Source of the DNA: Eledone cirrhosa
Lineage: Eukaryota
Reading direction: 5' to 3'
NCBI GenBank assembly: GCA_964016885.1
Contig: OZ024741.1
Coordinates: 40,610,001-40,674,000, forward strand
DNA length: 64,000 nt
The notes beneath the pieces were generated by a model, which did no database searches, was not told where the DNA came from, and worked only from the letters and a program-made list of their open reading frames with translations. Shown here piece by piece: positions 49,721 through 62,036 of the stretch (position 1 is its first letter; each line of letters opens with the position of its first letter). A program made the position numbers and the translations under genes.

Positions 49721-52700
49721 CAGTTGATTGGTATTAATCTGTTTATCTGTTTGTGACTACACAGAATGTGGAATGGGGCAGTAGCTAGAGTCACAATATC
49801 TAAGAAAGAGGCTTAGAAAGGTCGAAATAAAGATGGTGGGTGGGAATTATGTTAATAACAGTATACTACACATTTAAAATGAAATCCACTTCAGTTGTGA
49901 TTAGAGTGTTGGTCTTACAATCATAAATTGTATTTTTCTATAAGTTTGATTTCATGATTGGGCAGTGTGTTGTGCCTCAGTTCACTCATCTGGAAAAAGT
50001 GAATTGCAAAGATACTAATGCCAGTCTGTACCAGCCTTTGCCTTTTCTTTGGACTACATTCGAATACCACTTCCAACTTGGCTGAACATGTCAATTCTGT
50101 TCATGAAGATTATGAAAAGGAGAGATGACAGTTTTCCCACTTGGCAGAGTCTGATTCCTACAACTACTACTAGTAATGCTGCTGCTACTACTACCACTTA
50201 GATAAGAGGTAGAAAGGTGCAGAAGATAGAGCCATAAAAGCTTAGAGGAAACCCTGGAAGGGTTGAAAGAAATATTGTAATGTATTTGTGTAGTTACCTC
50301 TATACTAAACGTCCATAAAAATATCTAGTAAAGTTGTAATAATCTGCTTATGTATACAGATGAGCTGGGAGAAACACTAGGAATAACAAGGATCAGCAGT
50401 ATAAACATAATATACTTAGAGATGTGCAGTAGTTCCAGAAGTTCAAAGTGGAAGGGAGCCATGTACAGAAGTGAAGAAAATTGATCTTAAGAATTTGAAC
50501 TTTACAACCCACACTAGAGTTGACCGGTAACTGCAAACTCCCCGTGTTGTGTCGGCACCTTGCGGTGATGCTGGAGTGCCCTCTCCAGTGGAGCTACGTG
50601 GCCTGGACAGGTACGTTCAAGAGGGCAAGCTGTTGTCCAGGCAGCAGACTTCTTCTCTCCACGCGGCTGATGGCCCCAAGGGAACAACAGATGTTGATAC
50701 AGCTTGGCATCAGCGGCGTCGCAGGAGTTGCCAGAATGACGTTAGGATGTCAGATGGAATGGTACAGCAGATAAAACCATATATATAAAGAGACAGACCT
50801 GAAATAATTTAAAAAGTAAGAAGCAGAGAATAATATCGGGCTATTAAAAGAGAAGTTAAACATTAGATCTACATAGCCCAGTCCTAAATATGACTTTAAC
50901 TCATTAGCATTTAAACCGGCCATATCTGACCAGAATTCTTTCACCTCGTTCTGTTCAAACTGGCCATAACCGGCCACTCATACTGATGTTAAGGTATTGT
51001 TCTTAAAATAAATAACATCAAAATCTCATAGATTCGATATTATGTGAGATAATTATGTAAGAAAAATCTTTTACCTCAAAAATACAATAGTAAATATAGA
51101 GTAAATGCTATAGGGTTAAACTACATATCTGGTGTCAGGATCTATGGTTGAGTAAACCCAGATATTGATATCAACAGAATATGAACTCAGAGTGCAGAGC
51201 AAATTATAGAAGGCATTTTTTTTGTGTTACGCTCTAACAACACTACCAATTCACTGCATTAGTAATGAATAAAAGAAACAAAAAAAAAACCTTGCAATTT
51301 CTAGAATTACCGACACACAAGAAACTTTGAAAGTAATTAAAAAAAAAAATTTTTTTACAAGTTTGAAAAGTTTTGGTAAAATATTCACATTATTGTATAT
51401 TTTGTTTGCTTTTTGTTTTGTTTTTCTGTCTTTTTAATTAAAATAGTTTGAAATTGTTATTCATGGTTATTATTATTGATGCAGACGGCTGTTGTGGTGA
51501 TAGATTTTGGGTGTTTCTGAAGAATTATTCTTAGATCTCAAGTGGACAGAAATTAATCCCATGACCCACATTTTATCTTTTTATGTTGTTGTTTATGATA
51601 AAGCGCCACAGAGTCTCTTTTACATTTCTTCGAAGGAATTAATATGTGTATGTGTAGGGGATTTCTTTTAAACTATTGCATGTGTTAGTATGTGTATGTC
51701 TACATATATATCAATGTCTGTGACTGTGTGACAGTGTCACTGTGTGTGTTTATATGTGCATGTGTCTTCATATGTGTATCAGTAATGTCATTTGTTGTTG
51801 ATATTGTTGTTGCTGTTGTAACTTTGATTATTAGTAATATGGTGCATCATTTGGGGAAAATTTCCAAGTAAATGGAATTTAATTATTAGCTTAATTAGTT
51901 AAAATATTCTTGTTGCAAAACATTTCAAATGCAATAAAGATAGCCATAGCTAAAAACATCAGAGAAACTTAGTATTTTATTTGGCAATCAGATTAAAAAA
52001 AGGAAGAATTTAAAAAATAATAAAAATAAAAGAACCAAAAAGGAAAAAAAAAAAAAAGAAGAAAATATTGAAAATATTCTAGATTAAATGAAAAAATAAT
52101 TGCCAGGCAAATCAACAACGAGAATAACAAAAATATGTTAATTTTGAAATGATTTTTCTGTGATGAAGACGAAATTTTATTGAAATCTTTACTACTCAAC
52201 ATGGTATGAGCAAAAAGTTGAAGAATTGTTGTTGAGAAAATATTCAAACATTTGCAATAATTTTCATCATTGAAACATTTCATTCAATAGACGAAGCAGA
52301 CAAGGGGGAAATAATTTCAAAACAAAGCTTAAAAGTAAAAAGAAAACTTTGTTTTAAAGCATCAAAGTTGACTATAGATTTGGATTCCATTATCATCAAC
52401 ATTATTTTACGTCTGCTTCCTATGCTGGCAAAGGTCTGTGACCTAAGGTGTTTAGCTTATGATCATAAGGTCATGTTTGTATGTGTACATGTGTTTTGTG
52501 TTTCTTTCTGTATTACATTCTAATGGAAATAATATTTCTGTATTGATTTATTATATAAGAAAAAATATTATTCCAGTTTGAAAAACCCAGATCAAGAAAG
52601 GTACTGGAAGTTATTTTAGACACAGGGGCTTATGTTTAAAAGTCCATTAATTGAAACATTTTTGACAGATTGTTTTCAACACACAAATACGAATCAGAAT

Positions 52701-52783
52701 TTTAATTATATATATAATTATATATATATATATATTATAAATCACGAGGAATCAGTGATGCATCAAAACCCAATTTATTAAGT

Positions 52784-52876
52784 AACATATTACATATGTT
52801 TCTCCGACAATCAGCTCAAGGCAGGATCTATTATAGATAAACCTGACTCTGCATTCGCAAGCTCCTCAGATATGTT
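52784..52876 (-). ncRNA. Minimal type I hammerhead ribozyme motif inside a 25-bp inverted repeat
   Basis: aacatat-CTGAGGA-(60 nt)-GAAAC-ATAT-GTA-atatgtt; 7-bp stem I, palindromic stem III; base of stem II poorly paired. Confidence 0.6.
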
Positions 52877-53159
52877 TATCGTTTTCAAGGCATTTCACCC
52901 ATTTTGATGCATCACTGATTCCTCGTATTCTATAATAATATACTCTGCTTTGCGCGAGCATCGAGTGCTCAAATGGCATACCACCTATGGACGCATTTAT
53001 TGCAACCTTACAACAACTATATATATATATAAATCAGTATATATAGAGAAGTACACATAGTGGTATGTGTACTTCTCTCTAGATACTGATTTATAAAGAG
53101 CCCTGAATCTATTCCTTGAGCTCCATTTAGTTATAGGGGATTAACGGGAGTCTTTATAT

Positions 53160-53365
53160 ATATATGTAAAAGATAAACAGAAATAACAAAACCACAGCAT
53201 ATGGAGGGAATATATTAGTTTAACTAATAGTAGGAAGAGGGTCTGAACGTTTTGGACGCTAGTCCTCCATTAGAAGAAACAATGAGAAATTAGAAAGATT
53301 GAGGGCACCAGCAAGGCAGAGTCGGAAGAATAACAGAAAAATAACAGGTCCATTCATGTTGCCAT
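53160..53365 (-). mobile_element. Short PLE-type repeat with degenerate hammerhead; inverse copy at 57629-57830 (+)
   Basis: The two loci are reverse-complement similar. + copy: ctgataaaagactagcgtccgaaacgtta. Both sit in TA/CA microsatellites. Confidence 0.6.
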
Positions 53366-54115
53366 CTCTTGGAAAACTGTTGATGCTGGCGTTTTATATA
53401 TATACTCGCAGTGTATCCCGGCATTGCATGGGTAAGAACTTTGGTAATAGCACCTCCAATGAGAAACGTTTATTTGTGAGTGCCTGTTAAAAACTCAGGA
53501 AAATATACCGACAGGAAACTTGTTTTATTTGGAGAAAATTAAGAAGTTGAAAGTACAGTTTAGCTGTCTATGTGCATTGTTCATAGAAATATTGTTGAGC
53601 CCCTTCTTTTCATACTCCTCTGTTTTGGCCTATTGGAGTAAATGTGAAAGAGAGAGTCACAGGTTAAGTTGGCAGAAGGTTCCAGTGCAATAGCAGTAAG
53701 GCGTAGGCTACTTAGCTCAAAAGTTCATTCGCACTCTTTCCACTAAGTTACTCGTTCTCTCTATCCCTGTCGGTGCAGTCCCTTGCAAATTTCTCACGTA
53801 GGCCTGGTGTAGATTTGCATCCGATCCATCTACTCGATGCACATGTCCGCTTTGTACGAATTTTGGAGGAAGGACTGAGCAGCAGTACGTTGTTCGGTAT
53901 TATTACAAAAAGGTGTAGCAGAGAATGCCACATGAACTAACAGCTTGGGAGGAAACTGCTTATCTCGAAGATTCATTCGACATCGTTCTTGTCAACATTC
54001 TATTTACTTCGTTTTTGTTGGTCTACAGTTAGATGAATGGTGCACAAAGGATTAATGTTTATTGGCAAGAAGTTTTTCGAATAATAAAAGACGGGTTAAA
54101 GCGACCTACAATGTA

Positions 54116-54146
<31 letters not shown>

Positions 54147-54195
54147 TTGTGTGTGTATGTATGCATATATATATATATATATATATGTGTGTGTA

Positions 54196-54532
54196 TCATC
54201 ATCATTTCATTTTACGTCCACTTTTCCCTGATTGCAAGGGTGGGACGGGAACTGATTTTGGCTTGATTTCTACAGCTGGATGCCCTTCCTAACACCAACC
54301 TCACTTACAGTGAGTGCTGGGTGCTTTTTTGCCGTGGCACCTTCACGACCACTTTAAAGTGGAATGATAGGGATCCCAGTCCCTATAATCTCATTTCTAC
54401 AGCTGAGTAAACTGGAGCAATGTGAAATAAAGTGTCTTGCTCAAGGAAACAACACATCACCCGGTCTGAGAATTGAACTCACAACCTTTCGATTGCAAGG
54501 CCAATGCTCTAACCACTAAGCCATGTGCCTCC
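54196..54532 (-). mobile_element. Full-length tRNA-derived SINE
   Basis: Same family as 42063-42403. Confidence 0.9.
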
Positions 54533-54626
54533 ACTGTATGTATGTATATATATATATGTGTGTATGTATATATATATGTGTGTGGGTGTGTGTCTGTATA
54601 TATATACATATATTTTTATGTGTATA

Positions 54627-55914
54627 CTAGCAGTCTAGCCCGGCGTTTCTCGGGTTTGTTCATTTTCTATGAAAAGTTACATACAGGTAAACGTGGCTTG
54701 AAAGCGAATAAGCTTATCAATTAAGTGCATAAAGCAGTTGAACCGGTTATTAAAAGTTACGAACCAATTAGCATTTTGGATAATCAATGATGGGTTAATA
54801 ATCTTCCAATAGCGAATTTAGCAGACCAAAGTTGCAAGATGGTGGCCCTGATGCCGCTGGGTGTCAGATCTGTCCGCCATGGGTGACCCTACCAGGAAAT
54901 AGTTTTCCAGACGGCATAGCTCCAACACCTCCAACACCTGCACCAACATCTATAGCACCTCTCTGTAGACGATATTGCGTGTCATCCCTTGAGTGTAAGC
55001 AAAAAGTCCATTCCTGCTCCCTACACGGGAACAGGCAACATAAAGTTGGCCATGGGAGAAGCATGGCTCCCCCAAATGGATGCCCACCACCGACAATGTT
55101 TGCCCTTGTGACTTGTTAATGGACATGGCAAAACATGGTCTCACTGGGAATTGGGATCGCCGGAAATCGAACAGGATATCTGACGCCGAGGGGAAAAGTT
55201 CATCCTTGGCAGTGTATTCGGCAGAAGTACAACACTATGGGTGTTGTCATATTAATATTTAACCAATGAAAATCGTAAAAAATAAATAATTTAAACATTC
55301 CGATTCATATGTCTATAGCATTAATCTGTTATATGAAGTGTTATTTTGCGGGTTGTTATTTGCAATAAACCGATTTAAAATACCCCAGAAAAGCCGTATG
55401 TCAATACGGAACTCCAATGACTCCCCCAGCAGTTACATTATAGAGAGGGGGAATAATCTATTATAGAGAGAGGGAAGAGCGACGGAGAGAGTAAAGCTAA
55501 GAAACTATAGGGAGGTGTGTTAAACCTCAAAGCATGAAGAGAGTAAAGCAGTTAAATTATAGAGAGAGGGAAGAGCGATGGAGAGAGCGTTATGACTATG
55601 TTTGTGGTTGTATAAAATGATGTGTTTCTTAGTTTTCAAAGTTTATGTCGCGTTCCTGAACAAAGTTTTTTTGCTGTTGGGTAGTAGAGAGAGTGAATAA
55701 GCGTGTAAGAGAGAGGGTTACAGCATGTATTTAGTTTTATCGACTTTTTTCATAGAAGCAGGAAATGTTTGGCAAAGTTTATTACGCATTGACCATCGTT
55801 GGTAAATTTGGAGCACATTAGAAAAAAATCATCAAAATCGGTAGAGAAATGTGGAAATGCATAAAAATCATACACACACACAGACAGACATCTTCCGTTT
55901 TATATATATTGAGA
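54627..55914 (-). mobile_element. Internally deleted Helitron with PIF1 helicase C-terminal fragment
   Basis: 54950-55144 encodes [37 protein letters not shown]; 3' hairpin cccgagaaacgccggg + CTAG|t; 5' a|TC. Confidence 0.88.
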
Positions 55915-55972
55915 TTTATATATATGTATATGTGTATATATATATATGTGTGTGTATATGTGTTTGTATATG

Positions 55973-56021
<49 letters not shown>

Positions 56022-56074
56022 GTGTGTGTGTGTATGTATATATGTGTATATATATGTATATATAAGTATATATG

Positions 56075-56118
<44 letters not shown>

Positions 56119-57410
56119 TAGCGAAGATAATACGTCAGCAATGACATGTTCGTCAGAATGTTGTTATGCAGACATCAGACATACAGACAGATATTATTAG
56201 GGCTCGACGGAGATCGATAACCGGCACCTAACACCCCTTTAACAACAGGAAATTGAAAAATAAAAGTGGCAGTTAGTATCTTTAGACTGCAAGGAATATA
56301 TAAATGCAAGTTTGAAGTCAATCGGAATAGAAATGTGGATTTGTATAGACTTTGCAAACATGAGGACACACACACAGACAACTACAGTTTTATATATATA
56401 TCTTCTCCTTCACCCACTTATTCTTGAGAGCGCCATGGGGGAAGAGTCCTCAAACATTCCTTCCAGCAGGTCCTGTCAGGAGCAACCGTCTCCAACTTAT
56501 CCAACTGGATCCCCTAGTAAGACCAGCCAAGCTCATGGATGTTATCCAACCATCTTGCTCGGGGTCAACCCGGTGGCCTCCTGCTAGTTGGTTTTGCACG
56601 TAAAGTCTGTCCAACAATTCTTTGCTAAGACATTCTAACCACATGCCCATAGTATCCATCCCATGTCAGCATGGAAGGATGGGCATGCTCTACCTTGTAT
56701 CACAACAATAAACACCCAGTCCACCCTGTCGTGATAGTGCTGGTACATGAGAAATGGGTTCCCTGTCTATCCAGAAAAGTGGTCATACTGGTGCTAAAAC
56801 AAAAAGCACCCAGTCTATCCTGTTAGCTGGTTGTCCTGGTACAATGATAAAAAGCACTCGATCCACCCTGTAAAGGGGTAGTGGTAGTGCACAAGAAAAT
56901 TTCCCAGTAATGTGGTAGACATTAGGAATGGCATCCAATCATAGAAAACCATGCCCCGAACAGATCTGCATGAAACAAGATGTCACCCGATATGGTTAAC
57001 CTCATAACATGTGTATGTATAATTTATCTGCATATCTCCAAGTATGGCTGTGTGGTTTCCTTGACACCCATGTGATTCTGGGTTCAATCCATGAGATCTT
57101 GAGCAAGTATCGTCTACTATAACCCCAACATCAGCGATTCCTTGGGAGTATATATATATATATCATCATCATCATCATCATCTTCTTCTTCGTTTAACCT
57201 CCATCTTCCACACTAGCATGGGTTAGACGGGAGTTGTCCCACTTGAGGCAAGGTTGGTCGGGTGACCGTGTCTCGGTCATATAGCACTGTCTGGCAGGTT
57301 GTCTACGGCTGGATGCCCTTCCTAACACCAACCACATTTACAGTGTGGACTGGGAACGTTTTTACAGCGTGGACTGTGTGTGTTTTGTCGTGACACCTAC
57401 ACGATCGCGA

Positions 57411-57475
<65 letters not shown>

Positions 57476-57822
57476 ACGGCTGTTTCGACAGCTATTTCTG
57501 GACTGGTGTGTTATGATCCACCTGGTTCCTTACCACACTTCCTTCGTTATATATATATATATATATATAAATTTTATATATATATATATATATGTGTCTG
57601 TGTGTGTGTGTGAGTGTGTATGTGTGTGTGGCAACATGAATGGACCTGTTATTTTCTCTAAAACTGCCCTGCCTGTCCATTCAATCTTTCTAATTTCTCA
57701 TTCTTTCTTCTGATAAAAGACTAGCGTCCGAAACGTTAATACCCGCTTCTTGCTATTTCAATTGTTAAAGTAATATATTCCTTTCATATACTGTACCGAT
57801 TCTGTTGTTATTTCTGTTTACC

Positions 57823-57886
<64 letters not shown>

Positions 57887-58014
57887 GATATTAATAAATG
57901 GAAACTATATTTATAAAACCATATTTATTTCATTATACATATTTCAGGGATACCAAATTAAATTATGGTATGCATTCATCAGACAAAATACAATATACAA
58001 CAGTTTTACAAATC

Positions 58015-58171
58015 ACCGTTTAATGTCCATTCTTCCACGCTAGCATGGGTTAGACGGGTTGTCCTGTTGTGGGCAGTGTCTGGTTGGCTGACCTTGTCTT
58101 GCTCATACGGGAACTGATTGTGGCTTGATTTCCTGGGTGCTGGGTGCTTTTTTTCCGTGGCGCATACACAT

Positions 58172-58175
<4 letters not shown>
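58015..58175 (-). mobile_element. RTE 3'-UTR fragment; related fragment at 57163-57405
   Basis: Reverse complement of 46840-47027. Confidence 0.75.
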
Positions 58176-58223
<48 letters not shown>

Positions 58224-58441
58224 GGATTAACAAATAATAGTTAAATGCAGTCCACTTAGGTGAAGTCCAGTTATGGTATTCCAGGTAGTGGATGATATTA
58301 ACGCTTGGCTTGGTTTGACTCAACAAGGCGTTTTCATAGTGATGCTGCGGGTATGCTGTAATTCCTATGTTGTAAACACTTGGAGTAATAATAAATCAGG
58401 AAAGAAGGTTTACATGGTTTGCTATACAAAAAAGTTTTTAT

Positions 58442-58560
58442 TCACATAGCTTACATTTGTTTCACTGAACTGGTCTGTCTAGAGATCGCTATCCGCCTAA
58501 TTTTGCGTCATTCGATCGCCAATACAGAATTATAACCAGTCAGATCTTCGGAGCATGCGA
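58442..58560 (-). ncRNA. Hammerhead-like motif in the PLE 3' UTR (CCGAAGA core, long stem II); inverted copy at 61835-61953 (+)
   Basis: tcgcatgct-CCGAAGA-tctgactggt...accagttcagt-GAAAC-aaat-GTA-agctatgtga. Confidence 0.62.
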
Positions 58561-58913
58561 GAATGAAGAAAATACACAGGCAAGAAAAGAAAAGAAAATA
58601 TGGAGTAGTTATGGCATTCAATTAGAACAATAACAACAACAATTATTACAACACTGCTATCAATAAACTATTTAAGGAGACCCTGACATTACTTAGGTGG
58701 GGGGTATATAATGTATCTAATGTTGCGGCGTGAAAATCAGCTGTCATAAGGCAAAAAGTATCGTAGTGTGTATCAATTTTAAATTATAAAGATAAGCTAG
58801 TTTTTACAGTCTTTCTCTTCATCTTCAACAGTATACATGAGTGGGACCACTGTCAAAGCTCAATAGTTGTAGATTTAATACAGAGGTTAACGAATTAATA
58901 TACGCATATATCT

Positions 58914-58958
<45 letters not shown>

Positions 58959-59286
58959 AATATATATACACATATATGGGTACATAGACACATACATACA
59001 CATCAATATACACTCGTACAAAAATATACATACATGCAAAGAGAAAAGCGTGCTAATTGTAGTTATGGCAAAAAGAAGGTAAAGTAACATTGTAGTAGTG
59101 AAATGAGAGAAACTAGGATCTAGGATCAAATGATTGCAGCAGCTGAGAAGGAGTAAGATTGTTGGTAGATGAGGTATTTACAGACAATTGTGTGGTATAG
59201 ACTTGTGAAGGAAATAGTATACTTAATGAATATATTTCTGTGGGTAGTAGGTATCCTAATTTAAAGCTATGTTATGTTGGTTCGAT

Positions 59287-61668
59287 TCACGGAGGTTTGA
59301 ATCTTATGAATTTAGTGGCTATTCTATGTCTGCAGAAGATAGATCTTTCTAACTTATTATTAAGTAGCCTTTTAACATTTCTAAGGATATACAATAGCTC
59401 AAGATCACACAGCCCGCAATAGGATATCCCTGTACTATAGGTTTTAGCAGCCGACAACTTCGACCAGTTGATAGTGTAGCTAGTGTTGCTGTCCTTCAGT
59501 TCCCATATTTTTCTGGCGAGGGTGGTGGAACCCATAAGTGCTCGATTTTTCATTGAGTGCCTGTGCACATACCATCTTTTCTTAAAAGAACCCGCGGTGG
59601 ATCCTATGTAATTCCAGGTGGAGTTACCCGAGATGACAGTGCACATGTACACCAGGCTCGAATCGAGACATCTATTCGCCAATGGGCACCTATCTGGGAG
59701 GTGACAGTTGCAGTTTGAGGCGCTATTTTGTGCAGCTTTTACATTCCTATTTAGTACCCTGTTATAAGTGGGTTGTGATATATGCCCCATGGGGTTTTGC
59801 TGCTGCGCGTTTGTATGCGCTTGTGGTTGTGATGTTGTGATGAGTTTGTGCTTATGTATAGGTGCAATTGATTTACTTGAGATATTTCTGTGGTTGATCT
59901 TACGTATGTGTGATTCTATGTTAGCTGCTGTTGAGAAAGAGAGTTTAATAGTAGATCTATTGAGTATTTTGTGATATCTATGCGAGATAGGGAAGTGTTT
60001 ATCTATTAGTTTAAAGAATGTAGAGGGCAGTCTAGTTTTTATAGAGGAGTTGAATATTGGGTTGAACCATAGGTATTTTCTTTGTCTGTTTCTTCTATTG
60101 TTTCTAGGGTTTACGTTATTAGTGTTTTGGCCGTTTACTCTAGGTGTTACATGTCTAACCCTATGTCTAGTCAAGCTATTCCTATTATTATGTGAGCGGT
60201 TGGAGTAGAAATTACTAGGATTGTTTATGTTGTCCTTATTCACTATATACTGTAGTTTATCTTTATGACCGGCCCTACTTAATGCTGCATTATAATAGTC
60301 AGCATGCTCGTTAAAGATTTCTAGGTTTGAGGATAGGCGGGATATTCGGAGGGATATACTACGTGCTATGGATTTAATTATGGATTTGGGGTGATTTGAG
60401 TTGTAACTAATGTAGGCAAGATTTTCATTATTTTTGTGGAAAGGTTCTATTAATCCAGTATTTAGATTTAGAGTTACATCTAGAAAATTTACCTTCTTAT
60501 GGTTTAGTTCGTAGGTAATTAGGCCTAGTTTTTTGAAGAATATTCTAATATTTTTCCTTAGTCTTTCCATGCTCTGGTTGTTTAGGTTCCTAGCTATAAG
60601 TAACGAGTCGTCCCTATAAATTCCTCCTTGGAGGTTACTGAATTCCTTATGTAGGTTGTGTGTTATGAATAGCCCCACGATATCTGTAATTTGCGCAGAA
60701 TCATTTGATCCCATTGTAATATCGAAGCTATTTATTCTATCCTTTCTTACCCAGTAGTTATTTTCAAATTTTACGATAGTCCTTCTAGCCGCTATTATTA
60801 TTTCAATTTCATCATGGGTAAGATTAGAGTTATTTTGGGCAAATATAAGCGCCTTATCTAGGGTAGCTGGGGATATGGATGCATAATAGTCGTCTATATC
60901 AAATTGTATGAAGTTACACGTCTCCCTATTTTGTATTTTATTGAACCATTTAATTGCCTCGTTAGTGTTGCCCCATAAATTGATTTCTAGTTTACCCTTT
61001 ATTTGTGCGATAACCCTATCTAGAATGTTTTTGCTAATTTTACCTATGTCTGACTTGGATGGGCATATTAATCTAATGGTGGGATTAGTTTCAAAGTTAT
61101 TTTTGTGATCTTTCAGGTTAAATGTAGGGTTGCACGGGGTATGCGGTTCGGTCCTATCTGAAATTCCGAGTTTATTAACTATCTTGAGGCCCTCCATGTT
61201 TATGCTGGTGAGTGTAGGTTCATTAGTTTTTTTATATTTTTTATGTAGTTCACGCTGAATAAAATTATTGTATGTGTTAATGTCCATAGAGTATACGTTT
61301 GATGTTTTGTCTGCTTTTACTATGATACCGTTAGTGTCTTTTAGTTTTTTAAGTAATGTATTTAAGTCATTTTGCAATTTGTTGTGATTTGTTCTTTTTT
61401 TAAGTTTAGTTTCACTTATCATGTTCATAAGGTCCAGCTCGAAGGCATCGAGTGCGGGGTTGTTTGGCGGGTTTTTGCAGGATTTAAACCCGTAATTCTC
61501 CTTGGAAAATTCCCTTCTGTTGGTATTCGGTCCCTTATCGAAATGGTAAGCTTTCCATCGGACCCTGCGGATGAAATCATTAGTACGTCGTATCATGCCC
61601 AGTGTATAGTCCTTTTTTGTAGGTACAGGTATGTTTTTTAGTGACATACCTATACAGTGCTTCTCCAT
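59287..61668 (-). CDS. Penelope-like RT plus C-terminal GIY-YIG endonuclease, 793 aa, uninterrupted
   Basis: N-terminal SLKNIPVP..FIRRVRWKA; KADKT; FIQFDIDDYY; MGSNDSA; YRDD; NFLDVTL; WFNP; CNC..CPL..CL; VY..YIGST..FKKRW..H; CGLC..E; LN..CRH. Confidence 0.95.
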   Translation of the reverse strand: MEKHCIGMSLKNIPVPTKKDYTLGMIRRTNDFIRRVRWKAYHFDKGPNTNRREFSKENYGFKSCKNPPNNPALDAFELDLMNMISETKLKKRTNHNKLQNDLNTLLKKLKDTNGIIVKADKTSNVYSMDINTYNNFIQRELHKKYKKTNEPTLTSINMEGLKIVNKLGISDRTEPHTPCNPTFNLKDHKNNFETNPTIRLICPSKSDIGKISKNILDRVIAQIKGKLEINLWGNTNEAIKWFNKIQNRETCNFIQFDIDDYYASISPATLDKALIFAQNNSNLTHDEIEIIIAARRTIVKFENNYWVRKDRINSFDITMGSNDSAQITDIVGLFITHNLHKEFSNLQGGIYRDDSLLIARNLNNQSMERLRKNIRIFFKKLGLITYELNHKKVNFLDVTLNLNTGLIEPFHKNNENLAYISYNSNHPKSIIKSIARSISLRISRLSSNLEIFNEHADYYNAALSRAGHKDKLQYIVNKDNINNPSNFYSNRSHNNRNSLTRHRVRHVTPRVNGQNTNNVNPRNNRRNRQRKYLWFNPIFNSSIKTRLPSTFFKLIDKHFPISHRYHKILNRSTIKLSFSTAANIESHIRKINHRNISSKSIAPIHKHKLITTSQPQAHTNAQQQNPMGHISQPTYNRVLNRNVKAAQNSASNCNCHLPDRCPLANRCLDSSLVYMCTVISGNSTWNYIGSTAGSFKKRWYVHRHSMKNRALMGSTTLARKIWELKDSNTSYTINWSKLSAAKTYSTGISYCGLCDLELLYILRNVKRLLNNKLERSIFCRHRIATKFIRFKPP

Positions 61669-61998
61669 GTTGTTGCCGTGCGTTAATGGTGTTGCTCGAC
61701 CAGGTGGGAGCTAAATATACGCATTAACAAATAATAGTTAAATGCAGTCCACTTAGGTGAAGTCCAGTTATGGTATTCCAGGTAGTGGATGATATTAACG
61801 CTTGGCTTGGTTTGACTGTGTATTTTCTTCATTCTCGCATGCTCCGAAGATCTGACTGGTTATAATTCTGTATTGGCGATCGAATGACGCAAAATTAGGC
61901 GGATAGCGATCTCTAGACAGACCAGTTCAGTGAAACAAATGTAAGCTATGTGAATAAAAACTTTTTTGTATAGCAAACCATGTAAACCTTCTTTCCTG

Positions 61999-62036
<38 letters not shown>

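Larger units (their letters stand above)
53405..56400 (-). mobile_element. Second copy of the 39023-40194 Helitron, split by nested insertions
   Basis: 3' part 53405-54075 and 5' part ~56145-56400 match the two ends of 39023-40194. Confidence 0.65.
58219..62004 (-). mobile_element. Penelope-like retroelement (Naiad-like), complete ORF with partly inverted upstream pseudo-LTR, inserted in (TA)n
   Basis: 61723-61817 equals 58226-58320 (direct); 61816-62004 is the reverse complement of 58391-58579; (TA)n on both sides. Confidence 0.93.

Noticed and set aside
59287-59730. Selenoprotein-type Naiad (in-frame UGA plus SECIS)
   Set aside because: Conserved Cys positions use TGC/TGT and the only TGA is at the normal C-terminus; read-through would add just four codons.
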